This document shows, one piece after another, positions 48,617 through 62,700 of a stretch of 64,000 bases of DNA. The notes beneath the pieces were generated by a model. The model worked only from the letters and a program-made list of their open reading frames with translations. It had not been told where the DNA came from and searched no databases. Each line of letters opens with the position of its first letter. Positions within the stretch are counted from its first letter, which is position 1. A program made the translations under genes and the position numbers. Source of the stretch: Leucoraja ocellata (taxonomy: Eukaryota); contig JAWMAR010000070.1 in NCBI GenBank assembly GCA_036785375.1, positions 4,030,001 through 4,094,000 on the forward strand. The letters run 5' to 3'.

Positions 48617-48825
48617 TTTCAGGTGCACTGTGGGCTGAGAGCAAAGTAAGAGGGGTTGTGGGAAGAGCGATCAAAATCGATTGTCACTATGCAGCAGTGT
48701 ACCGCTCACACACAAAATACTGGTGCCCTGGGACAAGTCGCCAGTGTACACATGTAATAGAAACAAATGGGGAACATGGACTGAGCGGAAGAGTGTCAAT
48801 CACAGATAACCCGGCACGAGGAATA
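48617..48825 (+). pseudogene. Relic D: 3'-truncated V3 exon lacking the second canonical Cys and the splice donor
   Basis: VSGALW..DNPARGI, then a poly-C junction into sequence matching 9314 onward; no leader, C2 or TM exon seen nearby. Confidence 0.88.
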
Positions 48826-50698
48826 GGGTCAGGGCACCCCCCCCCCCCCCCCCCCTTCGGAAAGATTCAAAGATTGCTGAAATGTCCCACTGACAAAGAT
48901 AAATATTATCCACACAGTAAGCGGGGAGACGCGGGAATGAGACCAGAGGCGGCTTTGAACTCACAAACCCCCAGGTCAGGGAGGGGTGCTGAATAGCCAG
49001 AGATACTTGCAGATTCTGTGGTCACATTGATGCTGCCTGGCCCGTTCAAATAGAGCTTGTTCATGGTCTAATGGGAGGAATGATCTTGAGTTGGATCATT
49101 TCCCCACTGCAGGACATCCCAAAGTGCCTCTCAGATAATGAGAGATAAATGGTCTGAGATGCCACAGATATACACAAAATACTGGAGCAACTCCGCGGGA
49201 AGGGCGGCATCACTCGAGGGAAAGAACGGGTGACATTTCGGGTCGATGCCACTGTTGTGTTTAGCGGTGAGTGCTGACTTGCAATGTACTTGAATCTAAT
49301 ATGATCAAACAGTCATTTCTCCCTTTACACTGAATTGTTCTGCAGTGCTGACACTTTGCTCGCGCTGCTGAAACAAGAGTCTGTAGATTCGTATCTCTGA
49401 ACCGCATCTTGCGAGCAGCTCGGTGTAACACTGATTGCTGAGCAGTGTTTGCAGAAGTCATGGGTCAATGGCGAATGAAGACAGGATTAAATTGTTTTGC
49501 TGCATCGTCGGTTCCCCTCTGCAGTGTTTTTAGTTGGGCAAGTAAACAGGAAATAGCTCCGAACAAAAGATAATTTACTGAGGGTTGCCAGCGCTCAGCT
49601 AACATCAGTGGCGGACACATCAGTGTGTTACACCCATACCACGTGATACACAACAATGCCACTGACGGACACAACCCGAATAAACTGCACTGTTCCCCTG
49701 AAAGTAACACACCCAGAACGATAGCCCGCAGCAGATATTAAGTCATATTATAATACAACTAGTTGCCTACAGAATGAAATCGTTGCAAGCAGATGTACAA
49801 AATCAACCAATGGAATGTACATGACCACAACTCTGATAATTTATTAGCACTTGTGAAGAAGACAAGTTAACAATTCAATTCACCGTGCATATTCTACCTT
49901 GCCTTAACTTCACTAAGTGTATCACTTCAGCAATATTCCAAAACAAAAGTTCCATGTTTTTGGTCTGCCGGTCCACTTACAAAATCATCAAGAGGGAATG
50001 ATCCGGAAGTGTACACATCTTAGACGTTTTTACTCTTTTTTTTTTGTTTATTTTATTAGAAGTTAATACAGTACAAAACGGCGCAGTGGAACCTAATTTT
50101 TACTCTTGTAAATGTCATATTTTATACAACGTATCATTGTTTACATGAAGGGTCCCGACCCGAAACGCCATCTATCCATTTTCTCCAGAGGTGCTGACGG
50201 GCCCGCAGAGTTGCTCCTGCATTTTTTTTGTCTATCAATATTTCCACCACAGTTCAGTGTTAACAGACTCTGAGTACAGAGATAACCGGCGCTCCATCCT
50301 TACGGACACAGCACACTTGACGAAGTGGCTGAAGCAGCTGCAATAACAACATGGAACGGGCATTTGGCCAGGTCCATGGATAGGGAAGGTTTGGGGAGAT
50401 ATGGGTCGAGCGTGGGCAAATTTGACTAACTTAGATGAGCATATTGGTCTAACGAGTTGGGGAGAAGGGCCTGTTTCCGTGGTATGACTCTGTGATCATC
50501 TGACCCAACCATTTGCTAAATATACCCCTGAGCCTTTCACACTACATCGTGTCGAGCTGCTACTGGCTCGCTGTGGTTCACGATCTTACTTCCTGTTCCC
50601 TTCGAAGTCATTGCTATTTGAGAGACGCGGTTGTATCTGAGAGCTCAGAGCTGAGTGACAGACAGAAAAGTGCTGGCCTTGTCACTGTGGATAAAACA

Positions 50699-50735
50699 AT
50701 GTGGATTCCCATTCTTCTCATCGCCTCGCTACCCG
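50699..50735 (+). CDS. Gene E leader exon
   Basis: MWIPILLIASLP, G|gtgagt. Confidence 0.85.
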
Positions 50736-53700
50736 GTGAGTGAAAGCCAGTTCCTGATATTCCAATGATCAATGTTAGTTGGGGTCCCGTGCACCCTTTC
50801 CACAGCAGAGATGGTTAAGTGTGTGTAGACATGTAATGGGCGAGATGGAACTCAGTGCATTGAGGTGATGGATCTGAAATCACATTTGAATATCTAGACT
50901 TTGTTCGTAGTTTGACCACCGTTAACACGTGATCTAATTGCATCCTGATGATAGATTATAGGCATAAATAGCGAATGTATTTGGAGCAGATACTCCAAGA
51001 CACCTGGACCGAAGGATAGAGGTTCCAACATCACCAGGAAGTTAATTCTACACTAACAAAATGTGTTTACAACAGAGGTGGAAGTCACGATTGTGGTCTC
51101 ATTGTGTCAGTTCAAATATTCCCTGCATTTGTCCATCTCAACTCTGTCGCAAACTCAACAATTCCCCGGAGTCTGGGACTGAACCACTGTCCTCGCTCTA
51201 TCCACCCACTCCCAACTCTCTCTCCATCCGCTCTCGGATCCGCGGCCCAGTCGTGCTGAAATCCAAGTTCAGTTTATTGTCGCTTGTACCGAGGTACAGA
51301 GAAAAGCTTTTTGTTGCATGCTAACCTGCCAGATACATGATTACAATTGATCCTCTTACAGCGCATAGATACATGAATGGGAAATAGCGTTTAGTGTAAA
51401 GTAAGGCCAGCAAAGTCCGAGCAAGGGTAGTCCGAGGGTCACAAAGAGGTAGATAGTTGAGCACTGCTCTCTGGTTATGGGAGGATGATTCCGATGTCTG
51501 ATAACAGCTGGGAAGAAACATTCCCCGAATCTGGCGGTGTGCGCTGTCACGCTAGTAACGCTCTCCGTTAATGGACCCGAATTATTGTAACTCGTCCGAC
51601 CTCTGTCCTCAGTCAGGGCGTTGGAAAGCATTGGCGGCGGTGAATGTCTAAACACGGGTCGGCTTTCGGCGTCCGGGTGGGACTCGAGAAGGACCAGGCG
51701 CTGTCCACGGGCACCTGGGGGATTTCCGGGACATCTGGGCACCGCCTGCGGTTGAATACACCCTTGACAAGTATTGTAACATAGTTGTATAGTAGTTTAT
51801 TTAGTATATTTGTTTGTATTGTATTATGGTGTTGGGTTCTTGTTTTATTGTAGTGTAAATATTATTTTTAATAATTGAATAAATTATTCAGATGCCTGAT
51901 AACTGCTGTGAAGAAATTGTCACCGCCAATGAAATAGCAAAGTGGGGTCTTTCGTGGGGTGAGAGGCCGGGCACCGCCTGGGATTGTTGAAAGGCAGCTC
52001 CTGCAACACTGCCGCGCTCCCTCAGTACCGCACTGCGATCCCAGCCCAGTTTCTGCTCAGGGATCTGGAGTGGGAAGTGAACCCAAATTGTACTGAACCG
52101 GGGACAGAACACTGACACAACTGGTACAATAACAGCACTGCCTGCACTTAAGACGGGAGACATTGGCCGTGAAGCAATATGACACATCATTGAACGNNNN
52201 NNNNNNNNNNNNNNNNNNNNNNNNNNNNNNNNNNNNNNNNNNNNNNNNNNNNNNNNNNNNNNNNNNNNNNNNNNNNNNNNNNNNNNNNNNNNNNNNNNNN
52301 NNNNNNNNNNNNNNNNNNNNNNNNNNNNNNNNNNNNNNNCTCTGGACACCCAAGGACACCTTACAGGACATAAAATCACAATACAATTATCAATATTAAA
52401 ATTAAGTTGCCAAAAAACAAAAAACAAAAAAATACACAAAATATTTTAAGTCATTAAAATCAGGGTGAACATGGTGGAAGTTATGTCGGGTATGCTAATC
52501 TAAACAGGTGTGTTTTGAGTTGTGATTTGAATTGATCGATAGTGTCCAGGTGACGGAAGGGAGGTGGGAGAGTGTTCCAGAGACGTGGGGCAGAGCAGCT
52601 GAAGGCTCTGGCACCCATGGTGCTGAGTCTAAATGTGGGGACAGTTAAAATTGCAGCTGAGGAGGAACGAAGTGACCGGGAAGGAGTGTATGGTGGCAGC
52701 AGGTCAGAGAGGTATTGGGGAGCAAGGTGCGGTAGGGCTTTGAAGGTCAGCAGTAAAATCTTGTAGTTAATCCGGTGGTGCACAGGGAGCCAGTGGAGCT
52801 GAGTGAGGATGGGTGTGATGTGGTCCAATTATCTGGTGCGGGTGATGATCCGGGCTGCAGAGTTCTGAATGCATTGGAGGCGATGAAGTAGTTTATATGA
52901 AGAAGTAATCTTACAAAATTTCCATTAAACAGTTCATTTTCTCTCCATCTGAAAGTTTCTCCCCTCAGTTTCAGGTGCAGTGTGGGCAAAGTGGGATGTA
53001 AGAGGAGTTGTGGGAACAGCGACCACAATCGATTGTTACTATGCAGCAGAGTACCGCTCACACACAAAATACTGGTGCCGTGGGAGGAATAACCAATGTA
53101 CAGTTTTGGTGGAAACAAATGAGCAACACGGACGGAGTGGAAGAGTGTCAATCACAGATAACCCGGCACGAGGAATATTTACTGTGACTGTGGACGATCT
53201 TCAGGATGGAGATACAGGATGGTACAGATGTGGAATTACAACATCTGCCGACCATCCAATATTTAACGTTCATCTCGGAGTATCTGACGGTACGTTTCGC
53301 AGCGATTGATTGACGTCTCCAGCAGAAAGACAATACAGGATTACAATCGATTATCCTACAGTGCATAGATACATGAAAAATAAATCACGTTTAGTGTAAG
53401 GTAAAGGCAGCAAAGTACGATCAAGGGTGGTCCGAGGGTCGTCAAAGAGGTAGATGGGAGTTCAGGACAGATCTCTGGGCGTGGTAGGATGATTCAGATG
53501 CCTGATAACTGCTGTGAAGAAATTGTCACCGCCAATGAAATAGCAAAGTGGGGTCTTTCGTGGGGTGAGAGGCCGGGCACCGCCTGGGATTGTTGAAAGG
53601 CAGCTCCTGCAACACTGCCGCGCTCCCTCAGTACCGCACTGCGATCCCAGCCCAGTTTCTGCTCAGGGATCTGGAGTGGGAAGTGAACCCTAATTGTACT

Positions 53701-56700
53701 GACCCGGGGACAGAACACTGACACAACTGCTACAATAACAGCACTGCCTGCACTTCAGACCGGAGACATTGGCCGTGAAGCAATATGACACATCATGGAA
53801 CTATTTAAGTTTTCTTTCATGGAATCTTGAAAATGTATCTATTTCCACTAAACTGTTCATTTGCTCTCCATCTGAAAGTTTCTCCCCTTCAGTTTCAGGT
53901 GCAGTGTGGGGAGAGATGTATGTAAGAGGAGTTGTGGGAAGTGCGTTTACAATCGATTGTCACTATGCAGCAGAGTATCACTCACACACAAAATACTGGT
54001 GCCGTGTGCAGTATCGCCAATGTGCAGATATGGTGGAAACAATTGGGCTACGCGGAAGGAGTGGAAGAGTGTCAATCACAGATAACCGGGCACGAGGAAT
54101 ATTTACTGTGACTGTGGAGGATCTTCTCTCTGGCGATACAGGCTGGTACAGATGTGGAATTGCAACATCTAACGGCCTCCCAATGTTTACCGTAGAACTC
54201 CTTGTATCTGACGGTACGTTTCGCAGCGATTGACTTGTCGTCTCCACTGACTCGCCACTTCCCGCCATTCTGAAAAGGACCCGTTCACTCCTACTCTTTG
54301 CTTCCTGTCTGCCAACCAATTTCCTATCCACGTCAACACCCTTCCATGCGCTTTCAATTTAGTCACCAGTCTCCCGTGCGGAACCTTAACAAAGGATTTC
54401 TTGAAGTCTAGATACACTACATTCACTGGCTCACCTTCGTCCATTTTACTTGCCACATCCTCAAAAAATTCCCGAAGATTAGTCAGGCATGATTTTCCTT
54501 TCATAAATCCATGCTGACTTGGACTAATTATTTTACTGCTATCCAAATGCCCCATTATTACCTCTTTAATAATTGACTCCGGCATCTTTCCCGCACCGAA
54601 GTCAGGCTAACTGGTCTGTAATTTCCCGTTTTCTCTCGCTCCTTTCTTGAAAAGTGGGATTTAACTTCACTTTTCACTTCAAGTGGAATACTCAGCGCAT
54701 TTCCCTTCCTCTGAACTGTATGAAATGTCACCCGTCAGAAATTTGCATTCAGACTCAAACTAATAATCCCAGTGAGGAACAAGTGTTGTTTGATCTGTGG
54801 TTGATCTGAAAGTTTCTCCCCTCAGTTTCAGATGCAGTGTGGGCAGAGAGGGATGTAAGTGGAGTTGTGGGAAGAGCGATCACAATCGATTGTCACTATG
54901 CAGCAGAGTACCGCTCACACACAAAATACTGGTGCCGTGGGAGGAATCGCCCATGTAGAGTTTCAGTGGAAACAAATGGGCAAAACGGACGGAGTGGAAG
55001 AGTGTCAATCACAGATATACCGGCACTAAGAATATTTGCTGTGACTGTGGAGGATCTTCACTCTGGAGATACAGGATGGTACAGCTGTGGAATTACTACA
55101 CCTGGCGACCGTCCAATATTTAACGTACATCTCCAAGTATCTGACGGTACGTTTCGCAGCGATTGACTTGACGTCTCCACTGAAATGCCTTATCTATGTT
55201 CTCTCCGGGAAGGGTCAGGGCAGCACCGATATCCCGAGGCTCCGCAGCAGTGCAGAGACCTGCGGGGAACGGGCGGGGGTCGGGAAACCCCACTCATGTT
55301 GCTCTCACCCAGTGCGGGCTCTGTCCCACTGAGCGGCCACCCACTTCAAGTGGGAAGCTCAGCACATTTCCCTGCCTCTGAACTGTATGAAATGTCACCC
55401 TGTCAGAGGTTTGCATTCCGACTCAAACTAATAACCCGACAGACTCCGCAACTCCCTGGTCAACTCGTCCTTTCCCACCCCGTCCCCAGATACCTTCCCC
55501 TACAACTGCAGGAGATGCAACACCAGTCCCTATATATCCCGCTTCTACTCCGTCCAAGGCTCCAACAGTATTTCCGGGTGAGTCGGAGGTTCACTTACAT
55601 CTCTTCTAACCTCCTCTACTATATCCGCTGTTCCAGGTGTGAACAAGCGGATACAGTAGATGGGAGACCCAACGCAGGCTCGGCGATCGTTTCGCTGAAC
55701 AATTCCGCACAGTGTTCCTCGGCCTACGCTACATCCCGATTGCAAAACACCTTTATTCCCCCTCCCATTCCCAAACTGATCTTTCTGTCCCGGATCTCCT
55801 CCCCTGCAGAGTGAGGCCAAAAGCAAATTGGAGGAACAGTGCCTCATATTTCGCTTGGGCAGCTTACAACCCAGCGGTTTGAATATTGACTTCTCTAACT
55901 TCAAGTAACCCTTGCTTTACTCCTGTCTCCATCCCGCCCCATCCGAAGCCTCCAATTATTTTCACTGCCCTCCAGATTATATTTTACTGATTCTATGCCT
56001 TCCCTTCAGTTGACAATGATCCATTCTACATTTTTGAAAAACATTTTCACCTTTGATCACTTGTTTTCACACCGTACCCTTCCATTTCTCTTCTGTCTCC
56101 CTTTCTCATGATTCTCAGGCTGAAGAAGGGTCACGATTCGAAACGTCACCCATTCCTTCTCTCGAAAGATGCTGCCTAATCCGCCGAGTTACTCCTGCAT
56201 TTTGTGTCTATCTTAAAGGGACGTAACATCCCAACATATGTTCTGAGGGACAGCGTTTTCCACACATTGGGTGATATTTATATGGAAGCTGCTGCCAGGG
56301 TAAGGTGTTAAGGCAGTTAGAATAGCAGCATTTAAAATATTTTTTTTGATATTTGCGTAGATTGGGATCATTGCCAGTGATGAGGGAGAAACGTGGACAT
56401 ATGGAAATGGCCCAGAAAGACATGTTGGTCGGCATGAATGAGCTGTTGTGATGGGCATCTTTCGGTTCTCTATAACTCTAACCTTCTTCAGTTTCTGGGC
56501 TTCGCACACTCACAGAGATGTAGATGAGCCGATGAGATGTCAACCGGACGGTTCGGGCTGAGATAAAAGGCTGCTGAGATTTAGCATGTGTTTGGTTTTG
56601 AACTGTTCATACAGGTGACTGAATGTTTGCTCCATTCCCACAGAACCCATGTCTGCTCCTGTGCTCAGATATCTGTCACCAGCAAATGCCTCACGTCTCG

Positions 56701-59700
56701 GAGGCTCAGTGTCGGTGTCGTGTGAGTCTGTCCGTGGATCCCTTCCCATCAATTACACATGGTTTGAGAAGAACGAGCATTGGGTTTCAACGATCGTGTC
56801 TGGCAATCAACTGGATCTGAGTTGTGAAATCCTCGAAGGTCAACACCGTCAATATTACTGCAGAGCCTCAAATAATCGTGGGATAAAATCCAGTGAAATA
56901 CTCAACGTGAAAGTCTTTAAAGGAGCAGGAACGTGCAGTTATGTGACAGAAATCAACAATGCAGGTGAGTGTTCTTCTCGTGTCCCTGAACCTGCTGCTA
57001 TTCGCCTTGAGGGGATGTTCATGGATTTCTTGTTATTTGCAGACGGCATCATTGCAGCCACCGGGAGCTCATGGTGTAAAATGCGAGAGTTTGTTTGGGG
57101 GACTGGTAAATGATTGCCTGTTGCTTTCACCTGGGAGGTGTTGAGAAATGTCAGCAAATGAGAGAAATACCTGCGGGTTCAGTGCATTCCATCAAAATTA
57201 TTTTCTGGCTGCCGCACTTTGAGACAGAGAAAGAAACCAAATTCATTCTGTTTGGATCCATCATCAGTTATAACCAATGATGTACAATTTCATGATCATG
57301 TTCATGATTTTAACTCTGTTAATTTGTGTAAAACTCCAGTAATCTCAGAAAATTAAATTGGAATCTACTTGGCCGTCACTCCATCAAGTATAACCCTTAC
57401 TTTTGTCAAAGATAATTTTGAAAAGAACTTCCCTGTAGGTGTGGAGACGCTCATATTGGAAGTCCAGAAGAGAGTGTGAATGGTTTACATCAGCGAGACC
57501 AATTTTATACAAGGCCAGTTCTTCTTAAACTATTACAGTGTAATTCGCCCTTGAGTCTTTATTACAAGATATTCACCCTCCACTAAATGTTCTTATGTTC
57601 TTTTGGTTATTATCATCGCATTTTCCCTTGTGCATAATTTTATAGATAATTGATTTTGTCACATGAGCAAAAAACATAAATTAACTAATTTACGCCAAAA
57701 TAATTTTATTCGCCCTTGGGTGAACCATTCATCAGTTTAAGAAGCACTGGTCTATGCTACAATTTCGCCGAACACTTGTGTTTGGTTTGTCATGACCCAG
57801 AATCGCGCATGATAGACACCCCATCCTCAACCTCCCCCGCTGATGCAGAGCAGCAGCAGTTTGCACCATCTGCACGATGCACTGCAGCAACTGACCAAGA
57901 CTCCCTAGACAGCGCCTTCCAATTGCAAGAGGCTCCGTGTTCAATACATCATTCTTCACCATTCACACCCACATTGGCTGGGAAGCGCTTTGGAACGACC
58001 TGTGCAGGTGGTGAGGGACGGTGTATAGTATCTGTCTCTCATCGCAATCTAGGTGGAATTCAACAGAGTTAAGAAATTGAGTGGGCAGACTCCCCTGTAC
58101 ATTATGCTCTAATGTATATGTTTGTGAAAGGCTAATTTTGCTCTTCAATTTATGAAAGATTTTTGCTTCAGTTGCAGGTGCACTGTGGGCAGAGAGCGAA
58201 GTGCGAGGGGTTGTGGGAAGAGCGATCACAATCGATTGTCACTATGCAGCAGTGTACCGCCCACACACAAAATACTGGTGCCGTGAGACAAGTCGCCAGT
58301 GTACACATGTAGTGGAAACAAATGGGAAACATGGACAGAACGGAACAGTGTCAATCACAGATAACCCGGAACGAGGAATATTTACTGTGACTGTGGAGGA
58401 TCTTCACTCTGCTGATACAGGATGGTACAGATGTGGAATTACTGCACCTGGCGAACCAACATTTAAAGTATATCTCCAAGTATCTGAAGGTAGGTTTCTC
58501 AGTGAGTGACTTGATGTCCCCACTTTGGCAACGGGAAAACATTTGTTAGGTGGGAGTCTGGTTCACAGGTCTGGTCGCCGCTTTATAAAACAAAAGATGT
58601 GAACGGTTTGTAGAGTTTACAGAAAATGTTCACCCGGATATTTAGTAATAGTTTATAAATGTAACATGGAAACGGATCCTTCGGCCCACCGAGTTCTCAC
58701 CACCTAGCGATCACCGGTCACACTAGTTCTATGTTATCCACTTTCCCATTCGCTCCCTACACACAATTCTACAATACCGCCATTCACACACCTCATTAGT
58801 GCAACAGTATCACCATCAACAATGTTATGCAAGGAAATAAAAAAGTTGTTGATAGTGATACTGTTGCACTAATGAGGTGTTTGAATGTTCAGATTAAAGT
58901 AAAATAAACTGCAGATGCTGGAATTGTAAAACAAAGAGAGATGGTGCTGCTGTGTACTGGTACAGTGGCAGACATGGTAGTTCTGGCGGCTGGGATGGTG
59001 GAGAGACACAGAGATGTCTAAATCTGGTAAATTGATTGTGAGGAGAAGGAGCAGAGAAGACTTACAAGCATGTTGCGATGACTTGAGGGCCTGGTATACA
59101 GGGAGGGGTTGCGCAGATTAGGGCTTTATTCCTTGGAGCGCAGGAGGATGAGGGGTGATTTTATTGCAGGTAAAAAAATCACGCGAGTTTAAAATAAAAT
59201 TGGACCCCAACACTGAATTGATTATTTTTGGAACAATGGAAGCCGGCTCTAAGCTGATTTCATTCCAAAATTCTCTCCTTAACCATGGCTTGATAACAGC
59301 AAAAAAACGTATACTCAAATTCTTGAACAACGAACCCACCCCCACGCTTAAAATGTGGATTTCAAGCATGTCTGAAATGTTACACCTCGAAGATATGAGA
59401 TTCGTCCTTGCAGGTAAAGCAGACCAATTCCTAAAGATTTGGTCTCCTTTTATCGACATTCCAAGTACATGGTGCAACATAACCCTGGAAATTAACTGTT
59501 TCAGAACTGGGTGAGGGGTGTGGAAAGACATGAAGCAGGTATATCCCTTCTCCCTTTTATTCTTTTTCTGTTTTGTTTTCTTATTATTGTATTTTATTCT
59601 CTATTTTTTATTTCTATTTACTAATTTATGTATTTATTTTTCGGGGGGGGGTTCACGTTTTTTTTGCGGCTTTATATCTTTACGGGTTCTTTCTATCTAT

Positions 59701-62700
59701 TCTTTCACGAACTATCAATATCACTACTTTACTTAACTTTCTCTCTCCTTCTCTTTTTTGCTTCTGTTACTTTTCTATTAATAAATTAAAAACAAGAAGT
59801 TTTACACTAAATGTAATATGTAAAACACGGTTTATACTACTGTACATTGATTCAAATAAAAATATTTATTAAATTTTTTTTAAAAATCACAAAAATCACG
59901 CGAGGAATAGATCGAGTAAATACACAGTCTTTTGCCCAGAGTAGGGGAATAGGGAACTGGAGGACATAGTTTTCATATCAGGGGGGAATGATTTAACAGG
60001 AACCTGGCGAGTAACGTGTTTACACAAAGGTTGGTAGGTCCATGAAACGAACTGCCGACGGAAGTAGTTATGGCTGGTACTAACGTACCGTTTCAGACAA
60101 TATTGGACAGTTACATGAATAGGATATGTTTAGAGGGTTAAGGGCCAAGAAAGGACAGGTGGAACTAGTGTAGATTGGGCGTGTTGGTCAGCGCGGGCAA
60201 GTTAGGTCGAAGTTTCTACTGTATGACTCTACGAATCTATGCAGATGGGATGGGTCCGACAGTTATATAAACAATGCTCCCTTTTTCCTGCTGGCAATTC
60301 CTGAAATGTAAAAGAGAATCGAAGATTGTCTGATGATATGTCCGCTCTGTGGTCAGTATTCATCACCATGTTATAGGAAAGATGCTATCAAGTAAGATTG
60401 GGTGCAGAAAAGATTTACAATGATGCTGCCATGACTTGAGTGCCTGAACTCCAGGGAGGGATTGAGCGGACTAGGACTTTATTTCTGGGAGAGCAGGAGG
60501 ATGAGGGATGATCTTACGGCAGCTACAAAATCACGCGACGAATAGATCGAGTAAATGCACAGTCTCTTCCGTTTGGAAGCTTATGGGCTAAGCAAGGGCA
60601 GGTGGAACTAGTGCGGATGGACATGTTGGCCTGCTTCTACACTGTATGCCTCTATGACTCCGTGCAGATGGATGGGTCCGATTCCAACCTGGCGGCTCTG
60701 GCGAAGATCCAGAAATGGTGGATATTGGCGAGTGTTTGATTTTCAGATGTTCACTCAGTATCTGACTGTTTGCTCCTTTCCCACAGAACCCGTGTCTGTT
60801 CCTGTGCTCGGGTGTCTGTCACCAGCCAATGTCTATTGTCTCGGGGGCTCAGTGACAGTGTCCTGTGAGTCGGTCCGGGGATCCCTTCCCATTAGCTATA
60901 CCTGGTATGAAAATACCCCATCTGGGGATTCAAAGATCTCAGACAACAATATCCTGGATCTACATTGCCAATCCTTCAAACACCAGCACCATCAATATTA
61001 TTGCACAGCCTCAAATCAACATGGATCAAAATCCAGTGAAATGGTCAACGTGTCCATCTCCAGCAATGACGCGTCCTGTAGTTTCCTGGTGAAAATCAAC
61101 GGCACTGGTAAGTAGTGGAGGGAATGGGGAGAAGAAGGGGAAGTGGGGGTGGGGTGGTTCATAAAATCACATGTGATAGAAGCAGAAATAGACCATTCAA
61201 TCATGGCTGATCTATCTTCCCCTCTTCACCCCATAATTCATGATGGAATTATGGCCCATTTGTCAATACTTGGTTGCTGGGCTCCATAAATAGATTTCCC
61301 AGTGCTGGTGTAGACCAGCTTCCCGGCTAGAATTGCCTCTTATGTTTACACAGCTTTAAACTAGGTTTGTAGTGACATCAGTCCAAGCATTTTCACTTTT
61401 CATCATCTGCACATGACCGACACTCAAATATGTGAAGGGATCAGAAATTATCAGTAAATGTGGCCACAGTTAACTCCTAGACGACGGTATCGCATTTGGG
61501 TCACTGTGTTAATGTTGTCCATTCAGTACTATCAATACTCATCCCACTTACCAGCACCTCGTCCATTGAGGCAATTCAGGTACCTCTATCTTCTCGGTTT
61601 AAAAATATTTATTTATACCCTTCAAACATCCTGCTCCTTAACTTACCCATATGTTCTCCACTTTTACACATATCTGTCATGTAAAATGTTCCAAAATTAC
61701 CCTGTCTATGCTGCTCATAGTTTTGTACACCTGTAATAGGTCCCTCCTTCCTCACCTGTTCTGCATGGAATTTTATAAAACCCCTATCCAACCCCTCCCC
61801 ATCACTGTAATGTTTCATCCCAAGCAATACTCCTCTCAAATGAAATTGGACCCTTTTGATTAATTTGTGGATACATCGTGGAAGCAGGTTCTTCGTCCCA
61901 CTGAGTACACAACGTCCAGTAATCACCAGTATACTAGTTCCATGGGGACAATTTACAGAAGCCAATTAACCAACACACTTGCAAGAGTTCAGACTGTGGG
62001 GAAACTGGAGCACTTGTAGAAACCCCACGCGGTCACAGGGAGGAGTTACAAATTCCGTGCAGACAGCATCCGTGGTCAGGATCGAACCCGTGCCTCTGGC
62101 TGTAAGGCAGCAACGCTACCGCTGCGCCATCGTGCCATCTACACCTGGAGCCAGAGTTGTTACCAGCACTCCTGCTTGTCATGATAACATCTCCCATTTG
62201 CTGCAAATCACACAGAAGAAGCATTGCCCCGTCTGCTAAGCCTATCAACTCCTTGCATCGGAAAATCATAGCTACTTGTTAAACTGCAAGTGAAAAGCAG
62301 TGAAACTGACTTTTATTTCCTTGTTCCAACAGGTCTTGAATGTTATTGTGAAAATTCGATACCATCCAATTACTCTGCAAGGTAAAATGCTCTGTTTCCA
62401 ATGAAAGTTACAATGTACTAATTGCTGGTGTTTTGATTGGGGAATGCTTTAATTGGGAGAAACTGGCATTAAATGCGTGAGAGTGTTGAGCCACAGTCTC
62501 ACAACGCCACGCCATTGGTTCATTAGGAGCTGTCTGTGCGTGGTCTGCATGTTTTGCCTTTAATTGTGTTGGTTTCATTCAAGTGCTCCAGTTTCCTCCC
62601 AGCTCCCAAAGATGAACCAGTTGTAAATTGCCCCATGTGTACAGGAGAGTGGCTGAATCTGTGAAGAATGGGTGGGGTGGGGGTGGGGGTGATAGCTGAT

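Noticed and set aside
217-58489. Multiple V exons as a RAG-rearranging Ig/TCR-type locus
   Set aside because: Each V exon includes its own G strand and ends in a GT donor. I see no heptamer-spacer-nonamer (CACAGTG..ACAAAAACC) after them and no J or C1 segments.
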